Positions 12,131-23,987 of a stretch of DNA of 64,000 bases are shown here, one piece after another; position 1 is the first letter of the stretch, and every line of letters begins with the position of its first letter. The position numbers and the translations under genes are program-made. The stretch is from Felis catus (taxonomy: Eukaryota). The notes beneath the pieces were generated by a model that saw only the letters and a list, made by a program, of their open reading frames with translations, was not told the DNA's origin and made no database searches. The DNA lies in NCBI RefSeq assembly GCF_018350175.1, contig NC_058368.1:235726001-235790000 (forward strand), given 5' to 3'.

Positions 12131-12166
12131 TTAATTCTGTCACTGATTTATGTTAAATCACATATG
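12131..12166. promoter_or_regulatory. Candidate enhancer motif cluster (MEIS, inverted PBX-HOX pair, E-box)
   Basis: ttaatt 12131-12136; ctgtca (TGACAG on minus) 12137-12142; TGATTTA-tgt-TAAATCA 12144-12160; CATATG 12161-12166. Motif match only. Confidence 0.35.
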
Positions 12167-12949
12167 GCAAACTTGCCATGACACAGCATGGTAGGGTAGC
12201 CAGTAGGAATTTTAAAAAGTGCTCTGAAACTTTGAAAGTATTTTTTCTGCATCTGGATTTTCACTTTGAATCATCTGGCTGTACTTTATCAGATTAGGTA
12301 ATGCCAAAGAAGAAAACCGTCCCCACCTCTAAAAGCATACCTCAAGGGCTTTGTTTGTGGCGAAGGAAGCATTTGTTAAATCAAACACATTTGTGATTTT
12401 TGACCAGAAACTGCATTAAGGTTTGGTAATTAGAGGAATCAGCGTGAAAAATTGTGCATCATGCAATCCAATCTCCCTTGTGAATCTAAAAAATTGGAAT
12501 CCCATCAAGCAACTTGATTAGTCAAATAAAATGGATCCATCAGGGCTATTAGTGCAACAGTGATTTACTCTTAAAGTAGCAATATATTGCAGATGACTTT
12601 TGGAGTCATCTGAAAAACTGAGAGCAAATGCCTACATCTGAATGGGCAATGCGTTTGTTTCTCCAGGAACAGTCCCAGCCCCTCCCGGGATAATGCACAC
12701 ATTCTCAGTACTGTGTGAGTCAGGGACATCTGCTCGCTTTCCGAGCTAGAAGAATAACAGTCCGTTAGATTTGAAGAGAAGAATACGTTTCGAGGACACT
12801 TTGAATGTTGGTTTCTGCTTCCGTGTGGTTTTTCACCTGTGAGTTGTCCTTCAGGGTTTAGACTGACCATGTTTTAATGGCCCATTTTGTGCCTTCTGTT
12901 CTTTCAGCCTAGATCAAGGGAGGCGTTTTTAACAATGTAACGTCCTTTC

Positions 12950-13250
12950 CTTAATTTTTTCTTTCATTCGAGTACAGTTGACATGCAAGGGCACATTAGT
13001 TGCGGGTGCACAACCCGGTGATTCAGCGTTTCCGGAAGTTACACGGTGCTCACCTCAGGTGTCGCCAACACCCGTCACCATACACCGCGGTTACATTACC
13101 ATTGACTGTGTTCCCTATGCTGTGACTCATTCCTCCCGTAACGGGAGGCCTGTACCTCCCTCTCCCCTTCCCCAGCTCCTCCCATCCCCCCGTCCCCTGC
13201 CCCTCTGCCAACCATCGGTGTCTTTTCCGAATTTATAGGTCTGTTTCGGC
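12950..13250 (-). mobile_element. Carnivore L1 (L1_Carn-like) 3' UTR fragment, GC-shifted
   Basis: 'gtacagttgacatgca...attagttgcgggtgcacaac', 'attgactgtgttccctatgctgtg' and 'gcctgtacctccc'. Confidence 0.85.
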
Positions 13251-13780
13251 TTCTTAACAACAATATGATTTTTAAGTGAAAATGATGTGAGTTTGGGCAG
13301 TAGTGGTACATCTCCTGTAGATGTCTTTCCAAAGTAGAACAAGATGGCTCTTTACTTTTGCGGCCATATATTGGAGCATATTCCGGTTGGTGCACGCGGA
13401 CAGCATGGAAGATCCAAGATGCATCCCTGGAGGGTGGTCGCGGGGAGAGATTGAATTCTCCGTGAGGGGTGTTGACACGTGGCTGAATTCAACGACTCCG
13501 TTACTCCACACGGGTCTCCTGGAAATGGCATCCCTCAACCTTGTCGCAGAAGCGGGACAGTCCTGTCTCCTGCCCCCCTCCCCTCTTCCCCTGCGCATCC
13601 CATGGGGAAAACTCAGATCTAACACACAGCAGCCACCACACTGAGCAAAAGGTTCGGGAAGCTTTTTTGTGCTCGTGTTTCCAGTGTCTTTCGTGTCTGC
13701 ATCGTGGAAGGATGCTCTGAGTTGATGGCATATAGTTGATAGCCCAGGACCGGAAAAACCACTCATCAAACTACATTTTC

Positions 13781-13829
<49 letters not shown>

Positions 13830-14034
13830 ATGTTTGTTTATTATGGAGAGACAAGAGAGAGACAGAGCACGAGCATGGCACGGGCAGAGAGAGCGGGGGA
13901 CACAGAATCCAAAGCAGGCTCCAGGCTCTGAGCTGTCTGCTCAGAGCCCGATGCGGGGCTCGAACTCACAAACCACGAGATCATGACCTGAGCCAAAGTC
14001 CGACGCTGAACCGACCGAGCCGCCTGGGCACCCC
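13781..14034 (-). mobile_element. CAN-SINE with (TAAA)n-expanded tail
   Basis: TSD atcaaactacattttc (13765-13780) / accaaactacattttc (14035-14050). Confidence 0.97.
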
Positions 14035-14192
14035 ACCAAACTACATTTTCAATCATTGTGCTGCAATCAGATGGCAAAGCATGAGTATTTGGAATATATT
14101 TGTTTGATGATTCCATTAGTGGCAATGAGATAAACGAACGAAAAGAATCTGAAAGCAAACCCTTACTTTATATTCATTAAAACGGCATTACA

Positions 14193-14320
14193 GGGGCGCC
14201 TGGGTGGCTCAGTCGGTTCAACCTCGGACTCTTGATCTCAGTTCAGGTCTTAATCTCAGGGTCGTGAGTTCAAGCCCCATATTGGGCTCCATGCTGGGCA
14301 TGAAGCCTACTTGAAAAAAA
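14193..14320 (+). mobile_element. Short old-type carnivore tRNA-derived SINE (no CT tract)
   Basis: ggggcgcctgggtggctcagtcgg...gagttcaagcccc...gcctacttgaaaaaaa, flanked by gcattaca on both sides. Confidence 0.9.
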
Positions 14321-14994
14321 TGCATTACAAAACCCTATTAAGTCAATTATAAAACAGGTAGTATATTTGCATGTTGGCTACCAAGTAGAACACAACATAA
14401 TAGAAGGGTTTTCCAGACGTACGGGTGGCCACTGCATCAAAGCGTGAACCTTCTTTCCTCGTGTTACGACATCTAGAATATGAAAATTCATTTTGATAAC
14501 ACAATTAGTGTAGACAATCGCTTAACTAGCAGTTCTTTGAATTAGTATCAGCACAGCTGTCCCCAAACATATCAATGTGCCAGTCGCTATTTCTGTCGGG
14601 CTCGTACCCGCTGAATTATCTGACTTCCCAATTGCCAGATTTTTCTGCCTGACGGAGCCCAGGGTTTGTTCTACAGGGCGTTACGACGCTCTTCGTCCCT
14701 CGGAAATAAAATTCTGTGTTTACACTTTTCTTTTCAAAATCCAAACGCTTATCTTTGCTTGCTTACCTCCTTCTGAATTTAGTGAAAACAATAGTGGGAG
14801 TGAGGTAGTCTAATGTCATCTTGAATTGTTGTGACCGCAGCATCACAAAGGGAGGGGCTGCTCCGTTGACTGCATAGTAAGCCTACAAAGTCTGGAAGGG
14901 TTTTTAAAGTCTCTCAGACACAGAATGAGAACTTAGATGGATGTTCCAGTGAACAAACGGATTCAAAAAATATTTAGAAATAAATAGAACTCTC

Positions 14995-15220
14995 GGGGCG
15001 CCTGGGTGGCTCAGTACGTTGAGCATCAGTCTCTTGACTTTGGCTCAGGTCATGCTCTCACAGTTCATGGGTTCGAGCCCCAAGTCGGGCTCTGTGCTGA
15101 CAGCATGGAGCCTGCTTGGAATTCTCTCTTTTCCTCTCTCTCTGCCCTTCCCTACTCACTCTCTCTCTCTCTCCCTCTCTCCCTCAAAATAAATAAATAA
15201 CATGTAAAAACTTAAATAAA
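14995..15220 (+). mobile_element. CAN-SINE
   Basis: Head, (CT)n tract and aaataaataa tail. Confidence 0.95.
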
Positions 15221-16041
15221 AGAAATGCATATAACCCTTGATTTCAGCCGCTGCATTATTTAGAAGCCTTTCATGTTTAGTTAATGTTTTGGGTTTGGAT
15301 GAGACCACCCAGAGATTTCGGAGAAACGTTTCATTTCTGAAACCTGTTTAGGGTATGCTCCACGTGGAGCAAAACAGCCCCACGGATTCTGCGATCAGCA
15401 GGAGCTCTGGATCATTCTGTCACATCAGCTCTGGCAGTCAAAGGTCCTTCAGAAGTTCTTGGCCACGTCCTGACCTATCGTTTTATTCATTTCTCTAAAC
15501 ACTAGGAAGCTTGGACCAACTTTTCTAGTAAAAGTCAAGCCTGGCAGCCATTCTTGCTCAGATAGCCAATTCCTTTCTCTTTTCCCACCCGCAAAACATG
15601 CCATCACCTGGCAGCGGGCAGTGATCCTGCCCCTGTGGAGAATGTCACTGCGGAATGTACCTTTCACACCTCCGGGGTTGTTGTGGGTGACATGTCTTTG
15701 CGCCTAAATGAATGAGGACCAAAAAAAAAAATATTATAGCTACAAAGAATGTGTCTTTCTGTTTTGTGGACTCGGGAACGTGAGCCAGAGAAGAGGAAAT
15801 CCTGTAGACGGCAACCCGGGGCCGCTCAGACAGCTGTAACAAAATCCCACGGGCCAGGCAGCTGAAACAGCGGGGCTTAGGGCCTCAGTATTTGAATTTT
15901 GGGGGGTGTTGTGTTGGTCTTCGCCTGTTGATAATGACGGTCTTGGCTGGGAAGGCCGGAGACACCCACCCAGGCCTCTGTTACTTTTAGTGAGTCCGCA
16001 GACATTGCCCCTGCTAGAGCCACCGTGGTTGGACCGGCCTT

Positions 16042-16726
16042 TGTGATTCTTACTATGCTCTCAGGATGCACTTCAGCAAAAAGCGTCGGGGAACCTAGGG
16101 AGCACGCTCTATTACTCACAGGTCCTGCGGGGTGCACCGCGTGTCCAAGGCCACACAGCCAGGTCATGGGTAGAAAGGGAGCGTGGGTGGACCTGGGGCT
16201 CTGCTTTTACTGGGGGTGAGGGAGAGGTGCCTAGGACTTCGTGGGCTCACTATCGCTAATTTGAAACAAGAGCAGGAAAGAGGGTGTGGGGAGGGAGAAG
16301 CAGCATCTCTCGAATCCTCTGTAAGCTGGATACCGAGGGCTTTCTGCGTCGGTGACCTCCTGGGTGTGGGCAGACTCAGTCCTTACCTGGTTGTTTCACT
16401 GGGGGCTGTGTCATGCAGCTCGCAGTATGCTTATTTGAGATGGATGTTTTTGAAACGGGTGCCTTGGCAATCAAAAAGGCTAGGGGTGCCCGGGTGGCTC
16501 AGTCGGTTTCGTGTCAGACTTCGGCTCAGGTCAGAATCGCAAGGTTCGTGGGTTCCAGCCCCGCGTCAGGCTCTGTGCTGATAGCTCAGAGCCTGGAACC
16601 TGCTTTGGATTCTGTCTGCCTTGCTCTCTGCCCCTCCCTGCTTGCACTCTGTCTCTCTCTGTCAGAATAAATAAACATTAAAAACAATTTTTTTTTAAAT
16701 GATTAATGTCAGGCACTTAGGTTACG
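16042..16726 (-). mobile_element. ERVL solo LTR (MER76-like) interrupted by a SINE
   Basis: 'tgtgattcttactatgctctcaggatgcac', 'ggccacacagccaggtca' and 'gccttggcaatcaaaa[SINE]ttaatgtcaggcactta' match the recalled antisense MER76. Confidence 0.7.
16483..16699 (+). mobile_element. CAN-SINE inside the LTR
   Basis: ggggtgcccgggtggctcagtcgg...aataaataaacattaaaa. Confidence 0.95.
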
Positions 16727-17274
16727 ATCGAAGAGCTTAACGCCAGGCCTGTCCTCCACAGGGGGATACAAACACTGGGTCCATGCTATGCACAGATTCC
16801 CTCTTTCTGACTTGGAAGGCAGCACCCAAACACTGGAAAGTGGGAGGCATGCACTAAGAGGCCTTGTAAAGACCATTTTTATTGAGAGAAATAGTCATTT
16901 CTTAGACTGATAGACTATTAATTTCAATGAAGGACTTGATTCAAATATGTTCTGGAAGTGGTAAAATCAACAAAATATTTTTTAAAAGCCTCAAACTCAA
17001 CCTTCAACTGGGAGGAAATAGGCGTTATTGCATTGATGAGAAGGTCATTGTTGGGTCAGCCCCAGGCACCTGCCCTCACTGAACACCCGGTCACAGGCGA
17101 TGCTTTGGGCTTTGGCTACCGAGGCCAGGAGATGGTCCCACCCTAGATTCAGGCAGCGGCAGAACCTAGTGCCAAATCCCAGGGGGAAAAAATCATGCCA
17201 ATGTTCCCCAAAGAGCGTTTTCTATATTTACAATTCCAGAAAAAATAGTTACCAGCTACTAGAGGCCTCCGTTC

Positions 17275-17607
17275 TGGTTAAGGACCCAATCATGTCCTCC
17301 CTAAATTCCTGTATTAAATCCCTAACCTCCACCATGACCATATGTAGAGACAGAGACTTTGAATGAGATCACGAGGGCGGGGTCCTGATCCAATAGGACT
17401 GATGTCCTTCCAGGAAGAAACACGAGGCACGTGTGCAGAGAGGAAAGACCATGTGTGGATGTGAGAAGAAGGCACTTGGCTTCGGGAGAAACCAAACCTG
17501 TGCATGCCTTGACCTTGGACTCCCAGCCTCCCAGAACCATGAGAAACCAACATCTACTGGTTCAGCCACCAGGGCTCTGATGTTTCGTTATGGCGGCCCC
17601 GGACAGA
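17275..17607 (+). mobile_element. ERVL-MaLR LTR (MLT1A/B-like)
   Basis: 'ctgatccaataggactgatgtcctt', 'ccttgaccttggactcccagcctcccagaaccatgagaaa' and 'tttcgttatggcggccc'. Confidence 0.85.
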
Positions 17608-18720
17608 TTTCTGCATCCTTTCTCTGCGGAACACTTTTGGTTAACACGTGAGTTGTGATATCTTGATCTCTTCTACTTATGTGTGCGGCCGTGTCATCCG
17701 TGCTTACTGAAGACACGCCGGAATGTTTAGCCATCAGTCTGTGAAACACCTGCTCTCTCCCTCGGCCAGCCACACGCTGACACTGAGCTGTTTGCGAAGA
17801 GGTGTAACCACCCCGCCCCCACCTCCCAAGGGCGTCAATCAACCGTCTCCTGTGGCTTGCCCGCCAAGGACTGTGCAACGGAGAAAAACACAACCCAGCG
17901 TCTGCCTCCGAAGAGAGTGCCCTGACAACTAACAGTTGGTATGGAGGGCCTGATTAGAGATGAGCTATCTTCAGTCATAGGCCCAGGATCTTCAGATGTC
18001 TCTCCAGTCCTCTGTTTCTAGACACAACAACAACAGCGTTTGGACTCTAGGACTGATTAATAGAGCAGCCTTCTGTCACCTGGCCTGCAGCTGGAGATTC
18101 TCCCCCAGCTTGGACGCTCCGGGCCCTGCGACCCTTGCGGTGGCCTGGTGTGGGGCAGGAGTAGTGAAGACTGTGGTTCCGGTCACGTGCTGCAAATCCA
18201 TTTGAAGAGTGCTGCTTCTGTGAATGTCAGCCCTTGACTATGGCACGCATGCAACTTACACGAATCCTTTGAAACTGCCTGGCCTGAGGCCACCACATCT
18301 CGGTTCTTGCTGAAGCGACTGTTTTTTCCAGCCACCTGCTACGTGGTGGACGGGCTGCCTCATGCAGACGGCACTGCCCTTGGATCGATGCTTGCGTTTT
18401 CTTAATTTAGCTGCAACAGGATGCTCCCCATTTGCTATCCGGCAACCAAGGCGTGCGGCTTCTTCCGTAATGACGTGCGCCGTGCTGTCGCGAGATCCCC
18501 CGGCTCGCTTTGCACTCCTTGGGCCTCAAGAATGCTGTGCTGATCTCAGTATCGTCACTCTCTGACAGACAGACAGGCTGTGTGACCTGTACATCCTCAA
18601 AATCCCTGCGTCACCAGGCTTGTGTGTGTTAGATGAGGCTCCCCAAGCCCCTTATTGCTCAAAGCATGGCTACAAAACATAATTTCACTTCATGTCTTAA
18701 GTTAAAACCTTCTGGAATGA

Positions 18721-18941
18721 GGGGCGCCTGGGTGGCTCAGCCGGTTGAGCGTCTGACTTCAGCTCAGGTCATGATCTCACGGTTCATGAGTTCTAGCCCC
18801 ACGTCGGGCTCTGTGCTGACAGCTCGGAGCCTGGAGCCTGCTTCCGATTCTGTGTCTCCCCCTCTCTCTGCCCCTCCCCTGCTTGTGCTCTGCCCCTCTG
18901 TCTCTCAAAACCAAATAAACATTAAAAAACAAAAACAAACA
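18721..18941 (+). mobile_element. CAN-SINE (SINEC_Fc type)
   Basis: Full body; approximate TSD aaaaccttctggaatg / aaaacctttcggaaatg. Confidence 0.96.
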
Positions 18942-18989
18942 AAAACCTTTCGGAAATGTGTCATCCAAGGACCTAGATTTTTAACCAAA

Positions 18990-19096
18990 TCCCAGTCTTC
19001 TATTCCTAAAAGGAGGACAATAAAAATCCTGCATCTCACGGTGAGATAATTGAATGAGGAATATGAGAAAGGGCTTTACAAAGCAGTCTGGCATCT
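18990..19096 (+). mobile_element. MIR fragment
   Basis: Degenerate 'cagtcttctattcctaaaaggaggacaataa...gtgagataattgaatgag...agtctggca'. Confidence 0.5.
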
Positions 19097-22000
19097 CTCA
19101 AGGCTATTTTAATCTGTTGTGCATCTCATCGGTCTTTCTGGTCCAGAATTCCTGTTCTGGGAAGTGTCAAGGGAGCCGCCCACCTCCCCACCGCCACTCG
19201 GTCAGGGAGCGGGTACGTGGACCCACCCAGGTCAGTGGTCAGACCTCGCTCTCCCTCCCTTCCCTCACCCTGGTCCAGTTCATTCATCCAGGGTTGATTC
19301 CTAAAGTAAGGCAGCTCCAAGGGTCGAGCCCCTGAAACGTCTGGATTATGGGGCGGAGAGAGGAATGCCAGGGGAGACTGTCTGTGCTCTGCGACAGGCT
19401 GGTTCCCGTTCTGGGCAGCCCCGTCCTGTCCGGTGGAAATGCCATAGCCAGAGAGCACCAAGAGAGCTTTCTAACTTCGAGTCCTAGCCTGCCCCCGAGC
19501 ACCATCGCATCTGGGCCCTTCTCTGGGTGTAAGCGCAGAACAGCCCGGGGTCCCGTGAGCCAAAGTCTCCTTTTGCGTAAGTGGTTTGAGGTGGGCGTGC
19601 AACACTGTCGCCCAGATCCAACCAGGACGATAACAGTTGGTATTAAATCGCACGGCCCACCCGGCCTGACGGAGACCATTTGCCAACTGCACTGTTGTTT
19701 CCGTTCTGTAAGAACCAAGGAGTTTTGGTTGAGTTATGGACTTCTGTGATATTATAACTACTTCTTCTATATGCACACAACTTCAGCATGACATCACCAT
19801 CGTTTCTGGAAACTCTTTCTGCGTGGTTGAATATACTGCAGTTCAGAGCCAACGGGGCTAATAATCCAAGTATTGTTCAGGATCTCGATGACACCGTCAC
19901 TACCTAATTGTTGAACTCAATGGGGAACTTTCTAGGACTGAGGATTCTATGTCAAGGGAGCCCCGAGTTTGTTCAGCAAGGGAAACCATTCCCCCAGTGG
20001 GGATTTCCTCTCCCCATCCTTCGATCTGGCCCGCCCTCCTAGGGTTCTTCAGAGCGTGGAGCGAGAAGGAGCTAGAGAAGGCCTATAAACCACATAGGCG
20101 TTGTGATAATAAGAAACCAATAGATAATGTGTTCCAGAAGAATCAAATAGCCAAGAGCTTTGAGTTATGGGAAAAAAAGGCAACGCTGAAATTTATCATA
20201 ATTCGGTATTGACTTTGTGACAAGCGGCTAAATTAAATCTTTGACTCATTCCTTGAAAATTAAAATGTCTTACAAAGCAGCGTCTCCTCATGCCAAACAC
20301 GTCAATCCGCCAACCCCACCGTTAGTGTCTTCCACAGCAAAAGAACGCGGTGTCACCATGGTTGGATCCAGGGTGCTGACTGCTCTGGCACATTCCTGGC
20401 CGCCCCACGAAACCGGAGCGCGTGACGCTCCAACAGGCTCGTCATGTCTTCCCGAAGTCGACCATGTGCAGGAGGGTGTGTTGTGTGCATCAGTCCTCCC
20501 CGGGAGCTCCTTGACGCGAGTCTGCGCTTGGGCCCTGGGAAACGCACCGCTTTGGCTCTTGGTCTTTCAGAAGTCAGAGCACAGCCAGTAAAACAGAGAG
20601 GACCAGACCATTCCTTGGGGGGAAAAAAAGTGGGTTTCGAATCAGAGTGGAAATAGATCACGTTGATAGTGAGAAGGAAAGGAGTCTTCCAAGGGAGGCA
20701 TTGGTCAGGAGGCTGGGGGCTCACGGCTCTCCTGAGAGCGTGGTGCACTGACCCTTTCTGCTTTGGGGCGACAGAGAGGCAGTCCGGTGGCGATGAGGGT
20801 GCCGGCTGGGGTAAGTCGCAGCAGGTCGTGGGGAGCAGGCAAGGGCCCTCAGTGTGACGGCACCGTAGACCCGGCTCAGTGTGTGTAGGCACGTCTGCCA
20901 CGGAAGGAAGATTATCTTCCCTTGCCTTCCACGCAAGCTCATCCTTGGAGAGGAAGAGACAGGCTTTATTTTCACTGCAGACGTGTCTCGTGGAGGGCAA
21001 GACTCCCCCTGCCCCTGCTTCCCCTGCGTCCCACCCGCTCCCCTCTCCCAGGTCTGGTCATGGCCTCGGTCAGGAGACTCTGGGACCGGCATGCATGCCT
21101 GCGCTGCACCTCCCACGGAAGACCCTTCCACTGGCCGTGGCTGCGGGGGTGGGGCCCTGTGACCGCCACGTCACGGAAGAGGCTGGGGCTCCATCTTCGG
21201 CACCTGGAATGGAGAAAAGGGGGGCAGGGGTGGGAGCTTTGGGGGCAGATGAGGAAGAAAGATATTGAAGGGGGAGGAGAAAGGGGAGCAAGGAGGTTCC
21301 CCGCATGAATACCCTGCAGAGAGGCCCGGGAGTGTCCCCGGGACGACCTCGCAGAGATCTGAGTGGTGAGGCCTCGGCCAGTCAGGGGAAGAATCCCAGG
21401 AAACCATCCTCTCTGGACCCTCTGGACTCCGGGGGAGTCTGGTGCAGAACGCAAGGGATAAGATAGCAAGGGAAGGTGGACACTCTATCTCCTTCCTCCT
21501 GGGGCAGAGGCTTGGATGCCAACGCCCAGCCGGAGAAACACCTGCCTCCGTGCCCTGTCCCAGCTCTCTGGGGGTCCTGGGGAGTGCAGCCCGCAAGGCC
21601 GGGTCCCGGGGCAGCTAGAGCCCTATCAGTTAGCCCCTCGTGCCAGCCAGAAACTCAGGGAAGTATGACAACTTGGAAATATCAAGGGGAGAAGCAAATC
21701 CCCACAAAAAAGCAAACCAGAATCGACCAAAGAAATACGCAGAAGTAGGCTGACTTAATTTCTCCAGAGAGCATCCAAACGCCTCCGTTAAAACTGAACA
21801 CAAAACACTCTCATTCTCTGCATCGACAACCTCACAGGCTATGGGACTAGAGGGGGAAATAAAAAAAAAAAAAAAGAAAGCAAGATCTGATGTCTGTCCC
21901 CTTTCCAAAATAATAGGTTTGTGACATTAGCCAAATTAGCTTCTCTGAGCCAATTTCCTTCCCAGTTGTTTGGGAAAAATGATGGTGCCTCACACAGACA

Positions 22001-22130
22001 TTAAAGGTGCTGTGTAATCTCCCAAGTTAATCAGGCTTGCGGTGATGGAGTGACGTTCATTCCGCTGTGAATACTGAGTACCTACTATGCGCCATGCATT
22101 CTGCTAAACTTTTAAGTGTATTTATTCATT

Positions 22131-22350
22131 TAAAAAATTTTTTAAATGTTTATTTACTTTTGAGAGAGAGAGGGACAGTGCATGAACCGGGGTGGGAGGC
22201 AGAGAGAGAAAGGGAGACATAGAATCCGAAGCAGACTCCAGGCTCCGAGCGTCAGCACAGAGCCCGATGTGGGGCTTGAATTCATGAACCGCGATATCAT
22301 GACTTGAGCCGAAGTCAGACGCTTCACCGACTGGGTCACCCAGGCGCCCC
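22131..22350 (-). mobile_element. CAN-SINE (younger member of tandem pair)
   Basis: TSD tgtatttattcatt / tgtatttgctcatt. Confidence 0.96.
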
Positions 22351-22364
22351 TGTATTTGCTCATT

Positions 22365-22385
22365 TTTTAAAAGTTTATTTTATTT

Positions 22386-22428
<43 letters not shown>

Positions 22429-22615
22429 AGGGAAAGAGAGAGAGAGAGAAAGTGAGACAGGGGAGGGGCAGAGAGAGGGAGGGAGAGAATCCCAAGCAGG
22501 TTCTATGCTACCAGCATAGACACCGATGTGGGGCTTGAACTCACAAACCCATGAGGTCGTGACCTGAGTCAAAATCGAGTCACACGCTTAATGGACTGAG
22601 CCACCGAAGTGTCCC
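22365..22615 (-). mobile_element. CAN-SINE (older member of tandem pair)
   Basis: Long (GA)n; the right flank taagtgtagttactca matches taagtgtatttattca at 22113. Confidence 0.95.
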
Positions 22616-23292
22616 TAAGTGTAGTTACTCACCGAATCTTCACAAAAGCTGTATGGAGGAGGTTTGATCTTTTTCTCTGTGTTATGGAAGAGGAAACAGG
22701 CAAAGAGGAGTAAAGTAACGGAACCAAAGTCACCCAGTGCCAGGAGTAGCTAAGATCCTCAACAGACATGGACTTGTATCCATTTTAGAAGATTACAGGT
22801 TCTAGAAATAATTTCTAAAGGAGCAGAAACAGCTTGACATTTCTGTTAAATAACTTGTATAAGACAAGTCAGGCAACCACAAGGCCACTAATACAGAATA
22901 GGTAAACGGACGGGGACCCCTCAGAGGTCCGCGCCTATCTTAGCATCGGCATACGAACAAGGTGCTGCCGGTGGGAAATGTGGAAGAAGGGATAGTGAAC
23001 AACCAGTGTCGGAGAGCAAAGTGAGAAAAAGAAGTTGATGTAAGTACCCGCCACGACCCACACAGAGAAACAAATTACAGATGGTTTAAGGGTCTAAATA
23101 GGAGAGGCAAAAGTACAAAATGCTGTTCTTAATTTATAACCTGGGAGCCCAGATGGTTTTTCCTGGGAACAAATAGAACACAGAAGCCATCAAGAAGAGG
23201 ACTGAAATGCAGGTTGAAAATTCCAACCCTGTATGAAACGTAGACCGTGATAGCCATGAAATGCAAAGAGATGTTGCAGACCAAGAAGGAAA

Positions 23293-23753
23293 ACATCGAC
23301 AGGTGCATGGATAAAGAAGACGTGGCACGTATACAAACACACACCATGGGCACGCACACGTACATAGGAATGTCACTCAGCCATAAATACGAACGAGATC
23401 TTGCCATTGGCCACCACGACGGAAAGACCTAGAGGGTATTATGCTAAGCGCCATAAGTCAGACGGAGACGCACAAATACTATATGATCTCACTCATATGT
23501 GGAATCTAAAAACCAAAGCAGATAACAAACGAAACAAAGGAGAAACAGACTCACAGGTCTAGGAAACAAACAGTGGGTCATCAGAGGGCACAGCATAGGG
23601 GATACAGTCAATGCTACCCGGATGACGCTTTATGGTGACAGGTGGTAGCTGAACTTACCATGAGGATCGTTGACTATTGCATAAAAATGTCAAACTCCCA
23701 TGATGTGCCCCTGAAACAAATAATATGCTGTGTATTAACCACACTTCAAAAAA
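23293..23753 (+). mobile_element. Carnivore L1 (L1_Carn-like) 3' end
   Basis: 'atggataaagaaga', 'gacctagagggtattatgctaag', 'gatctcactcatatgtggaatctaaaaa' and 'cctgaaacaaataata'. Confidence 0.9.
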
Positions 23754-23763
23754 TCCCAGGGGG

Positions 23764-23889
23764 TGGGTTGCCTGGGTGGCTCAGTCGGGGTAAGCATCCA
23801 ATTCTTGGTTTCTGCTTAGGTCACGATCTCACAGTTCATGGGATTGAGCCCCATGTCAGGCTCTGCGGTGAGTGTGAAGCCTGCCTGAG

Positions 23890-23933
<44 letters not shown>

Positions 23934-23987
23934 CCTCCCACCCTGGTGCCCTCTGTCAAAATAAATATTAAAAAATAAAAATAGTTA
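23764..23987 (+). mobile_element. CAN-SINE
   Basis: (CT)n tract; TSD aaaaaatcccag on both sides. Confidence 0.94.

Larger units (their letters stand above)
22070..22750 (-). mobile_element. MIR split by two tandem SINEs
   Basis: 'actgagtacctactatgcgccatgcattctgctaa' ... 'aatcttcacaaaa...gaggaaacagg...aagtaacggaaccaaagtcacccag'. Confidence 0.7.

Noticed and set aside
14193..14280. tRNA-like A/B boxes
   Set aside because: This is the head of a tRNA-derived SINE with an A tail and TSD, not a tRNA gene.
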